DNA of 64,000 bases from an uncultured Myxococcales bacterium. Its GTDB lineage: Bacteria > Myxococcota_A > Polyangia > Polyangiales > Houyiibacteriaceae. The stretch covers positions 8,497-72,496 of the forward strand of contig CBFCWN010000004.1 in NCBI GenBank assembly GCA_965601515.1, read 5' to 3'. The notes under the pieces are model-generated. The model did no database searches and was not told where the DNA came from. It saw nothing but the letters and a program-made list of their open reading frames with translations. Each line of letters begins with the position of its first letter. Positions within the stretch are counted from its first letter, which is position 1. Of the stretch, positions 45,501 through 52,606 are shown piece after piece. Both the position numbers and the translations under genes were made by a program.

Positions 45501-45578
45501 CGGGGGGTGAAACCGGCACTCTGTGTACTCTCTCCTCTCCCATCATCCGACATCCTGCACCTCCGGTTTCACCCCCCG
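45501..45578. other. 16-bp perfect inverted repeat (CGGGGGGTGAAACCGG / CCGGTTTCACCCCCCG) enclosing a 46-nt pyrimidine-rich loop
   Basis: Seen directly. The arms are at 45501..45516 and 45563..45578. It is intergenic. Confidence 0.6.
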
Positions 45579-45647
45579 CACCCGTGCTCTCCGATGCAGG
45601 ATTTGTTGCGGCACCCAGGTCGACGAGTAAGCTGTGGATTCGCCTCC

Positions 45648-46001
45648 ATGAGAACCCTCCTCCAGGTGCTGGCTGTCGGAGCCGTACTTTTGTTGGACGC
45701 CGGGTCCGCCTCTGCGTCGGACTGTAGCTGCGGACAGCTTTCCGGAGGAGACTGCTTCGAGACGGCGACCATCGCGCAGCAGCCCGCCGAACCGCTTTGG
45801 TGCGAGCGCAGCGACGATCCGCGCTGCATGCCGGCCAATACGCACGGCACCACGGTCCACACCTTGGTGCCCGTCGCCATGAGCTGGGCTCAACCACTTC
45901 GCTGGGACGCGCCGCCGCGCAGCGGTGTCCGCATGGACATCGTCGCCACAGGCGAACCCGGCGCAGAGCATTCACGCCGCATCGAACGACCGCCTCGCTA
46001 G
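45648..46001 (+). CDS. small secreted Cys-containing hypothetical protein
   Basis: Start set to ATG 45648, giving the signal peptide MRTLLQVLAVGAVLLLDAGSASA. It has no obvious SD and is followed by two hairpins. Confidence 0.45.
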   Translation: MRTLLQVLAVGAVLLLDAGSASASDCSCGQLSGGDCFETATIAQQPAEPLWCERSDDPRCMPANTHGTTVHTLVPVAMSWAQPLRWDAPPRSGVRMDIVATGEPGAEHSRRIERPPR

Positions 46002-46004
46002 CAC

Positions 46005-46026
46005 CGACTGCCTTTGCGGGCAGTCG
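46005..46026 (+). terminator. hairpin CGACTGCC-TTTGCG-GGCAGTCG
   Basis: 8-bp perfect stem, 4 nt after the stop at 46001. Confidence 0.45.
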
Positions 46027-46040
46027 TTCGGGGTTTTGGT

Positions 46041-46069
46041 GTTCGTTCATGACGAACGTGTGTTTTTTT
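46041..46069 (+). terminator. intrinsic-terminator-like hairpin GTTCGT-TCATG-ACGAAC followed by GTGTG and a T7 run
   Basis: Seen directly. Seven consecutive T is striking in this GC-rich genome. It lies 41 nt upstream of the next start codon. Confidence 0.55.
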
Positions 46070-46110
46070 GTTCGAAGCTCGCCGCGTAGGAGCGGCGGGA
46101 GGGTAGAGAT

Positions 46111-48099
46111 ATGAGTAAAGGTTCATCGATATTGTTGGCCATCGTCATGGCCATCGGCGGGTTCATGGTTGGACACGTCGTGGGGTCCCGCTCCGGGACC
46201 GACGATTCGGCAGAAGAGGTGGCGGCCGCCGACGTCGAGATCGAAGGCGCTGAGGTCGAACGCTTCAAGATTCCGGTCACCGACGCACAGCCTCAGAAGG
46301 GTCCGAAGGACGCGCTGGTCACCATCGTGGAGTTCAGCGAGTTCCAATGCCCGTTCTGCGCGCGTGTTCTTCCGACCGTGAAGCAGGTCCAAGACGAGTA
46401 CGGCGACAAGGTTCGCGTCGTCTGGCGCAACAATCCGCTTCCGTTCCACAAGGACGCCGCACCGGCTGCAGCCCTCGCGATGGAAGCGAAGGCGCAGGGC
46501 GGTGACGAGAAGTTCTGGGAGGTGCATGACGTGCTCTTCGCCAACCAGAAGGCGCTCACGCGTCCGCAGCTCGAGGAGTACGCCAAGAACGCTGGCCTCG
46601 ACCTCGACAAGGTCAAGAAGGCGCTCGACGAGGACACTCACAAGAGCGCCATCTCAGGCGACCAGGCCGTCGCATCGCAGTTCGGCGCGCGCGGCACTCC
46701 GTACTTCTTCATCAACGGCCGGCAACTCCGCGGCGCGGTCCCGTACGCCTCGTTCAAGGCCATCATCGACGAAGAGATCAAGAGCGCCGAGGCGTTGGTC
46801 GACAAGGGCGTGAAGCCCTCGCAGGTCTACGCGACGATCACGAAGGACGGACTCACGAAGGCCGCTCCGCCGAAGCCGAAGGAGCAGAAGCCGCGCCCGG
46901 GTCAGCCGGATCCAAAGGCGACCTACAAAGTGCCGGTTCAGGGCAACGAGCCCCAGAAGGGTCCGGACGACGCACTCGTCACGATCGTCGAATTCAGCGA
47001 CTTCGAGTGCCCGTTCTGCGGACGCGTCGAGCCGACGCTCACCGAAGTCCAGAAGAAGTACGGCAAGGACGTCCGCGTCGTGTGGATGAACAACCCGCTG
47101 CCGTTCCACAAGAATGCCAAGCCGGCTGCCAACGCCGCGCTCGAGGCGCACGCGCAAAAGGGCGACAAGGCGTTCTGGGCCATGCACGAGAAGATGTTCG
47201 CCAATCAGAAGTCGCTCACGCCGGAGAACCTCGAGAAGTGGTCGAAGGAGCTCGGACTCAACGCGGCCAAGGTCAAGAAGGCCATCGCCGAGGACAAGTA
47301 CGCGAAGGTCATTCAAGACCAGCAGAAGCTCGCCAATACGCTCGGGGCGCGCGGTACTCCCGCGTTCTTCATCAACGGTCGTAACCTCCGTGGCGCTCAG
47401 CCGCTTCCGGCGTTCACCGCGCTGATCGACGAGGAGCTCGCCGAGGCGAAGGCGCTCGTGAAGAGCGGCACGCCGCGCGCCAAGGTCTACGAGACGATCA
47501 TCGCAAAGGGCGAGAGCGCACCGAAGGCGGCGCCTGCGGCCGCAAAGCCGGACGCCAACAAGGTGTACGACATCCCAGTGCCGAAGAAGGCCCCCACCAA
47601 GGGCTCGGCGAAGGCGAAGGTCGTCATCCAGGAGTTCAGCGACTTCCAGTGCCCGTTCTGCAGCCGCGTCAATCCCACCATGAGTAAAGTCATGGAGGAG
47701 TACGGCGACAAGGTGCTAGTCGTCTGGCGTGACTACCCGCTGCCGTTCCACAAGGACGCACATCTGGCTGCCCAGGCGGCTCGCGAGGTGTACGTGCAGA
47801 AGGGCGACAAGGCGTTCTGGGCGTATCACGATCTGCTCTTCGCGAACCAGAAGGCGCTCAGCAGGGACAACCTGGTGAAGTTCGCCGAGCAGGTGGGCGG
47901 TATCAACATGAAGGCGTTCAACGAGGCGCTCGACTCCGGCAAGCACAAGGCCGCCGTCGACGCCGACATGGCTGCCGTCACGAAGGCGGGCGCACGCATC
48001 GGCACGCCTTCGTTCTTCATCAACGGCAAGCTCCTTCAGGGAGCGCAGCCCTACCCGGCGTTCAAGGCCGCGATCGACGAGGCGCTCGCCAAGAACTGA
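46111..48099 (+). CDS. membrane-anchored protein with three tandem DsbA-like thioredoxin modules (each with CPFC)
   Basis: N-terminal TM segment ILLAIVMAIGGFMVGHVV. There are three ~215-aa repeats, each with (E/Q)FS(E/D)F(Q/E)CPFC ... NPLPFHK ... FW ... LFANQK ... GARGTP.FFINGR. The CPFC codons are at 46348, 47008 and 47650. Confidence 0.88.
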   Translation: MSKGSSILLAIVMAIGGFMVGHVVGSRSGTDDSAEEVAAADVEIEGAEVERFKIPVTDAQPQKGPKDALVTIVEFSEFQCPFCARVLPTVKQVQDEYGDKVRVVWRNNPLPFHKDAAPAAALAMEAKAQGGDEKFWEVHDVLFANQKALTRPQLEEYAKNAGLDLDKVKKALDEDTHKSAISGDQAVASQFGARGTPYFFINGRQLRGAVPYASFKAIIDEEIKSAEALVDKGVKPSQVYATITKDGLTKAAPPKPKEQKPRPGQPDPKATYKVPVQGNEPQKGPDDALVTIVEFSDFECPFCGRVEPTLTEVQKKYGKDVRVVWMNNPLPFHKNAKPAANAALEAHAQKGDKAFWAMHEKMFANQKSLTPENLEKWSKELGLNAAKVKKAIAEDKYAKVIQDQQKLANTLGARGTPAFFINGRNLRGAQPLPAFTALIDEELAEAKALVKSGTPRAKVYETIIAKGESAPKAAPAAAKPDANKVYDIPVPKKAPTKGSAKAKVVIQEFSDFQCPFCSRVNPTMSKVMEEYGDKVLVVWRDYPLPFHKDAHLAAQAAREVYVQKGDKAFWAYHDLLFANQKALSRDNLVKFAEQVGGINMKAFNEALDSGKHKAAVDADMAAVTKAGARIGTPSFFINGKLLQGAQPYPAFKAAIDEALAKN

Positions 48100-48125
48100 G
48101 CGACGCACTTCATCGACGATGAGAG

Positions 48126-48160
48126 GGGCAGGTTCGCAGTGCGGGCCTGCCCTTCCTTTT
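48126..48160 (+). terminator. rho-independent terminator-like hairpin GGGCAGG...CCTGCCC followed by TTCCTTTT
   Basis: 7-bp GC stem, extendable with G-U pairs, then a T-rich tail. It starts 27 nt after the stop at 48099. Confidence 0.6.
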
Positions 48161-48187
48161 GACACTTGGGGATCGACACACTAAAGT
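48159..48187 (+). promoter_or_regulatory. sigma70-like promoter TTGACA-N17-TAAAGT
   Basis: The -35 hexamer (48159..48164) matches consensus exactly. After 17 nt comes the -10 TAAAGT (48182..48187). It lies 43 nt upstream of ATG 48230. Confidence 0.5.
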
Positions 48188-48229
48188 GCGCCCTGTCCCA
48201 AAACTAAAGTATTTTCAAGGTGTTGACGC

Positions 48230-49129
48230 ATGGTTCGAGCTGCTGCCGCCAAACGACCGAAGAAGAAGCCCCACGTAGAAGAGCTCTATTTTCGTAGCGA
48301 TAGCGCCTACCTCTGCCTCCTCTTGAATCGACGGACGCGTTCCATTCGCGTGGTCGACTTTCGCGCCGGCGCGCTGCCGGCCAAGCGGCTCTACATCCAG
48401 TCGGTCGCGACGCAGGAAAACGTCGAGAAGGTCATCACGCTCGTCGAAAAAGACGAAGTCTCCTCGTGGACGCGTGTTGGCTTCGTTCGTGAAGGCACCA
48501 TCCCAGGCTTCTACAAGCGCAGCGATGGACACCTCTGCGGCTGCGTCATCGGCGACAAGACCGCGTCGATCGAGGTGAGCGACGCAGATGCGAAGCTCGC
48601 TGAGCGCACGATCAACGCCGGGAAGAAAGCCGCGACGGACATCCCGGAGAAGATCAAGGGCGCCTCGGTCAAAGCAACCACCGAAAAGGATGCGCTTTCC
48701 GCGCGTGACTCCGCGTGGCGCAAAGCTCCGGCGTTTGGCTCGTTCGACATGTTCGGAAGGGACGCTCAGCGTATCTACTTCGAAGCGAGCTACCGCCGAA
48801 GCAAAGCGAACTTCCTCTCGGCCGAGTTCCAAGACTGCTTCGGCCATGCGCTCATCGAAGCCCTTCGCATTCCTACGAACGAAAATGAAACCCTCGCCGT
48901 CATCGCAGGCCTGCGAACGATCGCGGAAGAGCTCGAAACCCGAGGCATCGTGTCCTCGTTCGCGTTCGCCCCGTACGACAACGTGGAAACGGCCACGGCG
49001 TTCGTTGCAGCCGGCTACCGCAAGACGGGACTGCTCGCGAAGGCCCTGCTTGCCGCGGATGGCACGCGAAAAGACGCGATTCTCTGGACTCGCAAGCTCA
49101 CCAACCCGGCCGACGAAAACTACGAGTAA
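48230..49129 (+). CDS. hypothetical protein, possibly a two-lobed GNAT-like acetyltransferase fold
   Basis: Each half ends in a GNAT-like region (WTRVGFVREGTIPGFYKRSDGHL and AAGYRKTGLLAKALLAADGTRKDAILWTRKL). The assignment is from memory of the family and is not verified. Confidence 0.4.
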   Translation: MVRAAAAKRPKKKPHVEELYFRSDSAYLCLLLNRRTRSIRVVDFRAGALPAKRLYIQSVATQENVEKVITLVEKDEVSSWTRVGFVREGTIPGFYKRSDGHLCGCVIGDKTASIEVSDADAKLAERTINAGKKAATDIPEKIKGASVKATTEKDALSARDSAWRKAPAFGSFDMFGRDAQRIYFEASYRRSKANFLSAEFQDCFGHALIEALRIPTNENETLAVIAGLRTIAEELETRGIVSSFAFAPYDNVETATAFVAAGYRKTGLLAKALLAADGTRKDAILWTRKLTNPADENYE

Positions 49130-49132
49130 GCC

Positions 49133-49525
49133 ATGCGGACGCGCGAGGACATCGAATCCTATCTCACTCGCGCAGAGGTTCCGTTCGAGGTCGTCGGCGA
49201 CGAGCGCATGTGGCTCGTGCGCGACGGAAGCCTGGGCGAGAACATCGCAATCCAGGCTGCAGGACCGCTCCTGCTCTTTCGAGTGAAGGTGCTCGACCTC
49301 AGCGGAATCGGCGACAGGCCCGCGCTCTACGAAGCGCTTCTGAAGCTGAATGCATCGGACCTGGTGCATGGGTCGTATGGAATCGCGGACGGCTCCGTCG
49401 TGCTCACGTGCGCGCTTCAAATGGAGAACCTCGACTACAACGAGTTTCAGGCCGTACTCGACGATTTTTCACTGGCGCTCGCAAACCACTACGAGCAGCT
49501 CGCGAAGCTTCGAGCGGAGACCTGA
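49133..49525 (+). CDS. YbjN-like (type III secretion chaperone-like fold) protein
   Basis: 130 aa and acidic, with the pattern IESYLTRAEVPFEVVGDERMWLV ... LLFRVKV ... LNASDLVHGSYGI ... LTCALQMENLDYNEF. It starts 4 nt after the upstream stop. Confidence 0.55.
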   Translation: MRTREDIESYLTRAEVPFEVVGDERMWLVRDGSLGENIAIQAAGPLLLFRVKVLDLSGIGDRPALYEALLKLNASDLVHGSYGIADGSVVLTCALQMENLDYNEFQAVLDDFSLALANHYEQLAKLRAET

Positions 49526-49537
49526 GGTACGGCAGCC

Positions 49538-50323
49538 ATGGGATTTCTCAGCAGACTCGCTCAACTGATCAAGAGCAACCTCAACGACCTCATCAACAAG
49601 AGCGAGGACCCCGAGAAGATGCTGAATCAGGTCATCGTCGACATGAATCAGCAGCTCGTCGAAGCGAAGAAACAGGTCGCCGTCGCGATCGCCGACGAGA
49701 AGCGCTTGAACAAGCAGTTCGCCGCCCAGGCACAGAAGGCCCAGGAGTGGGAGAAGAAGGCCATGCTCGCAGTGCGTTCGAGCGACGACGAGCTGGCCAA
49801 GCAGGCGCTGCTCCGAAAGAAGGAGCACGACGGGATCGCGCTTCAGTATCAGGAGCAATGGCAGCGGCAGAAACAGCTCACGGACCAGCTCAAGACGGCG
49901 CTCAAGGCGCTCAGCGCGAAGATCGGTGAAGCCGAGCGGAAGAAGAACGTGCTCGTTGCGCGAAAGCGCCGTGCGGAGGCGATGAAGAGCATCCAGGAGA
50001 CGATGAGCGGCCTCTCGGACGACAGCGCCTTCGAGACCTTCGACCGCATGGCCGAGCAGATCGACCAGATGGAAGCCGAGGCCGAAGCCGGCGCGCAGGT
50101 CGCCGAGCAGTATACGGGCGACATCCTCAAGCAGCGGTTCACCGAGCTCGAGGCGACGGCCGGGGCGGACCTCGAGCTCGACGCGCTCAAGCGAAAGATG
50201 GGCCTGCTTCCAGCAGAACAACCGTCCGTCAGCGCCCGGGTGGAAACGACCGAAGAGTTCGAGGAAGAGGAGCTCGCCGAGCTCGAAGAAGCCCTCGAAG
50301 AGCTCAAGCGGCGCGAGCGCTGA
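49538..50323 (+). CDS. pspA: PspA/IM30 family protein
   Basis: MGFLSRLAQLIKSNLNDLINKSEDPEKMLNQVIVDMNQQL, followed by a long coiled coil. Confidence 0.9.
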   Translation: MGFLSRLAQLIKSNLNDLINKSEDPEKMLNQVIVDMNQQLVEAKKQVAVAIADEKRLNKQFAAQAQKAQEWEKKAMLAVRSSDDELAKQALLRKKEHDGIALQYQEQWQRQKQLTDQLKTALKALSAKIGEAERKKNVLVARKRRAEAMKSIQETMSGLSDDSAFETFDRMAEQIDQMEAEAEAGAQVAEQYTGDILKQRFTELEATAGADLELDALKRKMGLLPAEQPSVSARVETTEEFEEEELAELEEALEELKRRER

Positions 50324-50370
50324 GCTTGACAGCGGCCCGGGGCTGCCTAGATTGCGCCCGATTATTCACC

Positions 50371-50649
50371 ATGCCTACGTATGACTACGCCTGTGACGCC
50401 TGCGGCCACGAGTTCGAGCGTGAGCAACGCATCACGGAAAAGCCCGCCAAGAAGTGCCCCAAGTGCGGCAAGCTCAAAGCCCGCCGCATGATCGGCGGCG
50501 GAGGCTTCATCTTGAAGGGCGGCGGCTGGGAATCCGACCTCTACTCGGGCCCCTCCAACACCAAAAAGTCGTCGGCCAAGAGCGAAACCGCATCGAGCAG
50601 CGAAACGAGCAAGAGCTCCTCATCGAGCGACTCGACCAGCTCCGACTAA
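50371..50649 (+). CDS. FmdB-family zinc-ribbon protein with a Ser-rich tail
   Basis: Start set to ATG 50371. MPTYDYACDACGHEFE ... KCPKCG. Confidence 0.8.
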   Translation: MPTYDYACDACGHEFEREQRITEKPAKKCPKCGKLKARRMIGGGGFILKGGGWESDLYSGPSNTKKSSAKSETASSSETSKSSSSSDSTSSD

Positions 50650-50650
50650 G

Positions 50651-50718
50651 GGGACACGCAGCCCCCCCAAAACCCCTACAATTCCAACGGCTTGCCGATC
50701 GACCCGCGCGATTCGCGA
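50651..50718 (+). repeat. 68-nt intergenic repeat, copy B
   Basis: GGGACACGCAGCCCCCCCAAAACCCCTACAATTCCAACGGCTTGCCGATCGACCCGCGCGATTCGCGA. It starts 2 nt after the TAA at 50647..50649. Confidence 0.85.
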
Positions 50719-50745
50719 AAACCACCGGGTTTTTCGGAAGCGTTT

Positions 50746-52380
50746 TCAGGGGCTGCCGGTGTTTTCCGGTTCCTCGAGCCACGGCTCGTCGATCACGACG
50801 TTCATCGTGTGGCCGGTGATACGGAGCGCGAGCGACTCGCGCTGTTCTTCGATGAGTGAGCCGTAGCGCTGCCACCACTGCTCCGCGTCGCTGCGGGTCC
50901 AGCGGGGGATGTCGAGCTGGTCGAGGGCATCGGCTAGAGCGTGGCTGGAGGCGGGTCGATCGACTCGGTCTTTGGACAAGCAGGCGAGGATCAGCTGCTC
51001 GAGCGCTTCGGGAATCGGCTCACCACGGGCTTCGCTGGGACGCGTCGCGGCAGTCTGCAGGTGTTCCACGAGGACTCCAGCCGCGGTCTTGGCTTGGAAG
51101 ACGGTGCGGCCCGCGAGCACGTAATAGCCCACGGCGCCGAGGGCGTAGATGTCGCTCCTCGCGTCGACGTCGTTCGGGGTGTTGATGCTTTCTGGGCTCA
51201 AGTAGTGCGGCGTGCCCTTGATAGCGCGAGTGTCGCTGGTGTCCGAATCGTCTTCGTCTTGGAGACGTTTCACCAACCCGAAGTCGACGACCTTCGCGAC
51301 GTCGTACTCCCCACCCTGATGCGCGAGCATGATGTTGCTCGGTTTGACGTCGCGATGGATGAGCCCGGCCTGGTGCGCTTCGTCGAGTGCGAGGGCCGCA
51401 TCATGCAGAATTCGAACCACGCGCGAGATGGGCTGTGGGCCGGTGGCGTCGACGATATCCTGAAGACTTGCGCCTTCGAGAAGCTCCATGGCGTAGTAGA
51501 ACAAGCCTTCGGGCGTGCGGCCGTAGTCGTACACGCGGATGGTATTCGGGTGGGTGAGCCGCGCCGTCTGCTGCACCTCACGACGGAAGAGATCGTCCAT
51601 TTCGTGGCCGCCGAGCTCTGGGCGCAGAAGCTTCACGGCGGTTGGACGTTTGAGCATGCCGTGCGTGGCTTGATAAACCACGCCCATCGCCCCTTCGCCG
51701 AGCTTTCGCTCGAGCTGGTACTGGCCGATACTTCGGATGCTGCTCACCTCACGTCTGAGGCGGTGGATGACGAAGGACGCGATGCTCGAGAGCCCCACCG
51801 TGAGGGTCCACCACATCGTGGTCATCAGCGCGGTGGAAACGAGGATGGTGCTGCGTTCGAAGCCCCGCGTATCGTAGCCGACCATTCGCCAAACCGCGGG
51901 GTCGACGTCCCGGTAGTGGAACGTCATCATGACGACCAGCGGAACGCCAATGAGCATCCCGAGAGCCGCGGTGTGTCGCGCAGTGCTCGGCACGAACACG
52001 GCGCGCAAGAAGAAGACGAACGCGAGCGCAAAGGACGTAATCGTGTCGGCGCCGACCTCGGGCGGGATCGTCATGCCCATGCCGACGTAGCCAACGGACG
52101 CAAGCAGGATGCCCATCGTCTCCGCGACGACCATCGCCCGGAGCGGGCGCGACGGGCCGCGGGCGAAGAGCCACATTGCCACGCAGGAGATGATGGCAGC
52201 GGCGTGAAGCCAGTAGCCAGGGTCGACGAGCTTCTGTGCAAGCGTGCCGGATGCGAGCGCGATCGCGATGCGAAAGGCCAACCCGACCGCGCCGGCCACC
52301 CCCATGATCAGCCCGAACGAAGCAACGCGACTCTGGTAGAACGCTTTCGCTTCGGGGCTAGTGAAGAAGGTGGTGGCCAC
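50746..52380 (-). CDS. Ser/Thr protein kinase with an N-terminal multi-TM domain
   Basis: About 6 hydrophobic helices, then LGEGAMGVVYQA, AVKLL, HRDVKPSN, DFG and SPE. GTG start. Confidence 0.85.
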   Translation of the reverse strand: MATTFFTSPEAKAFYQSRVASFGLIMGVAGAVGLAFRIAIALASGTLAQKLVDPGYWLHAAAIISCVAMWLFARGPSRPLRAMVVAETMGILLASVGYVGMGMTIPPEVGADTITSFALAFVFFLRAVFVPSTARHTAALGMLIGVPLVVMMTFHYRDVDPAVWRMVGYDTRGFERSTILVSTALMTTMWWTLTVGLSSIASFVIHRLRREVSSIRSIGQYQLERKLGEGAMGVVYQATHGMLKRPTAVKLLRPELGGHEMDDLFRREVQQTARLTHPNTIRVYDYGRTPEGLFYYAMELLEGASLQDIVDATGPQPISRVVRILHDAALALDEAHQAGLIHRDVKPSNIMLAHQGGEYDVAKVVDFGLVKRLQDEDDSDTSDTRAIKGTPHYLSPESINTPNDVDARSDIYALGAVGYYVLAGRTVFQAKTAAGVLVEHLQTAATRPSEARGEPIPEALEQLILACLSKDRVDRPASSHALADALDQLDIPRWTRSDAEQWWQRYGSLIEEQRESLALRITGHTMNVVIDEPWLEEPENTGSP

Positions 52381-52606
52381 GTACGGAGACTACAACAGGT
52401 GTCCGAAGAGGGTGTGAACTTGGTAAACGCTGAGGTTGAGACTCCTGTGCAGGCCTTCATGGAACGTCGACACGCGACCCAACGGGCTTCTTCCGTCCTC
52501 CTCATCGCCCTCACAGGCTCGATTTGGCTCGTACCGACGTCGGCTTCGGCCGTGCCGAAGCGGGCTCCCCGCGCGCGTTCGTTTCGACAACAAGGACTTG
52601 TTGCGA

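Noticed and set aside
46031-46040. GGGTTTTGG, resembling the GGGTTTTGGGGG core of repeat copy A
   Set aside because: Only about 9 nt match and the flanks do not align with the 68-nt family. It is part of the hairpin/T-run leader described separately.
52381-52606. A 226-nt gap between the helicase stop and the TM-kinase start, containing short ORFs (67 and 61 aa) and two hairpins (CAACAAG/CTTGTTG near 52585 and GCTTCGGC/GCCGAAGC near 52540)
   Set aside because: The short ORFs have no motifs or ribosome-binding sites. The hairpins lack U-tracts and are plausibly ordinary helicase terminators or kinase leader structure. Nothing distinctive enough to report as a finding.
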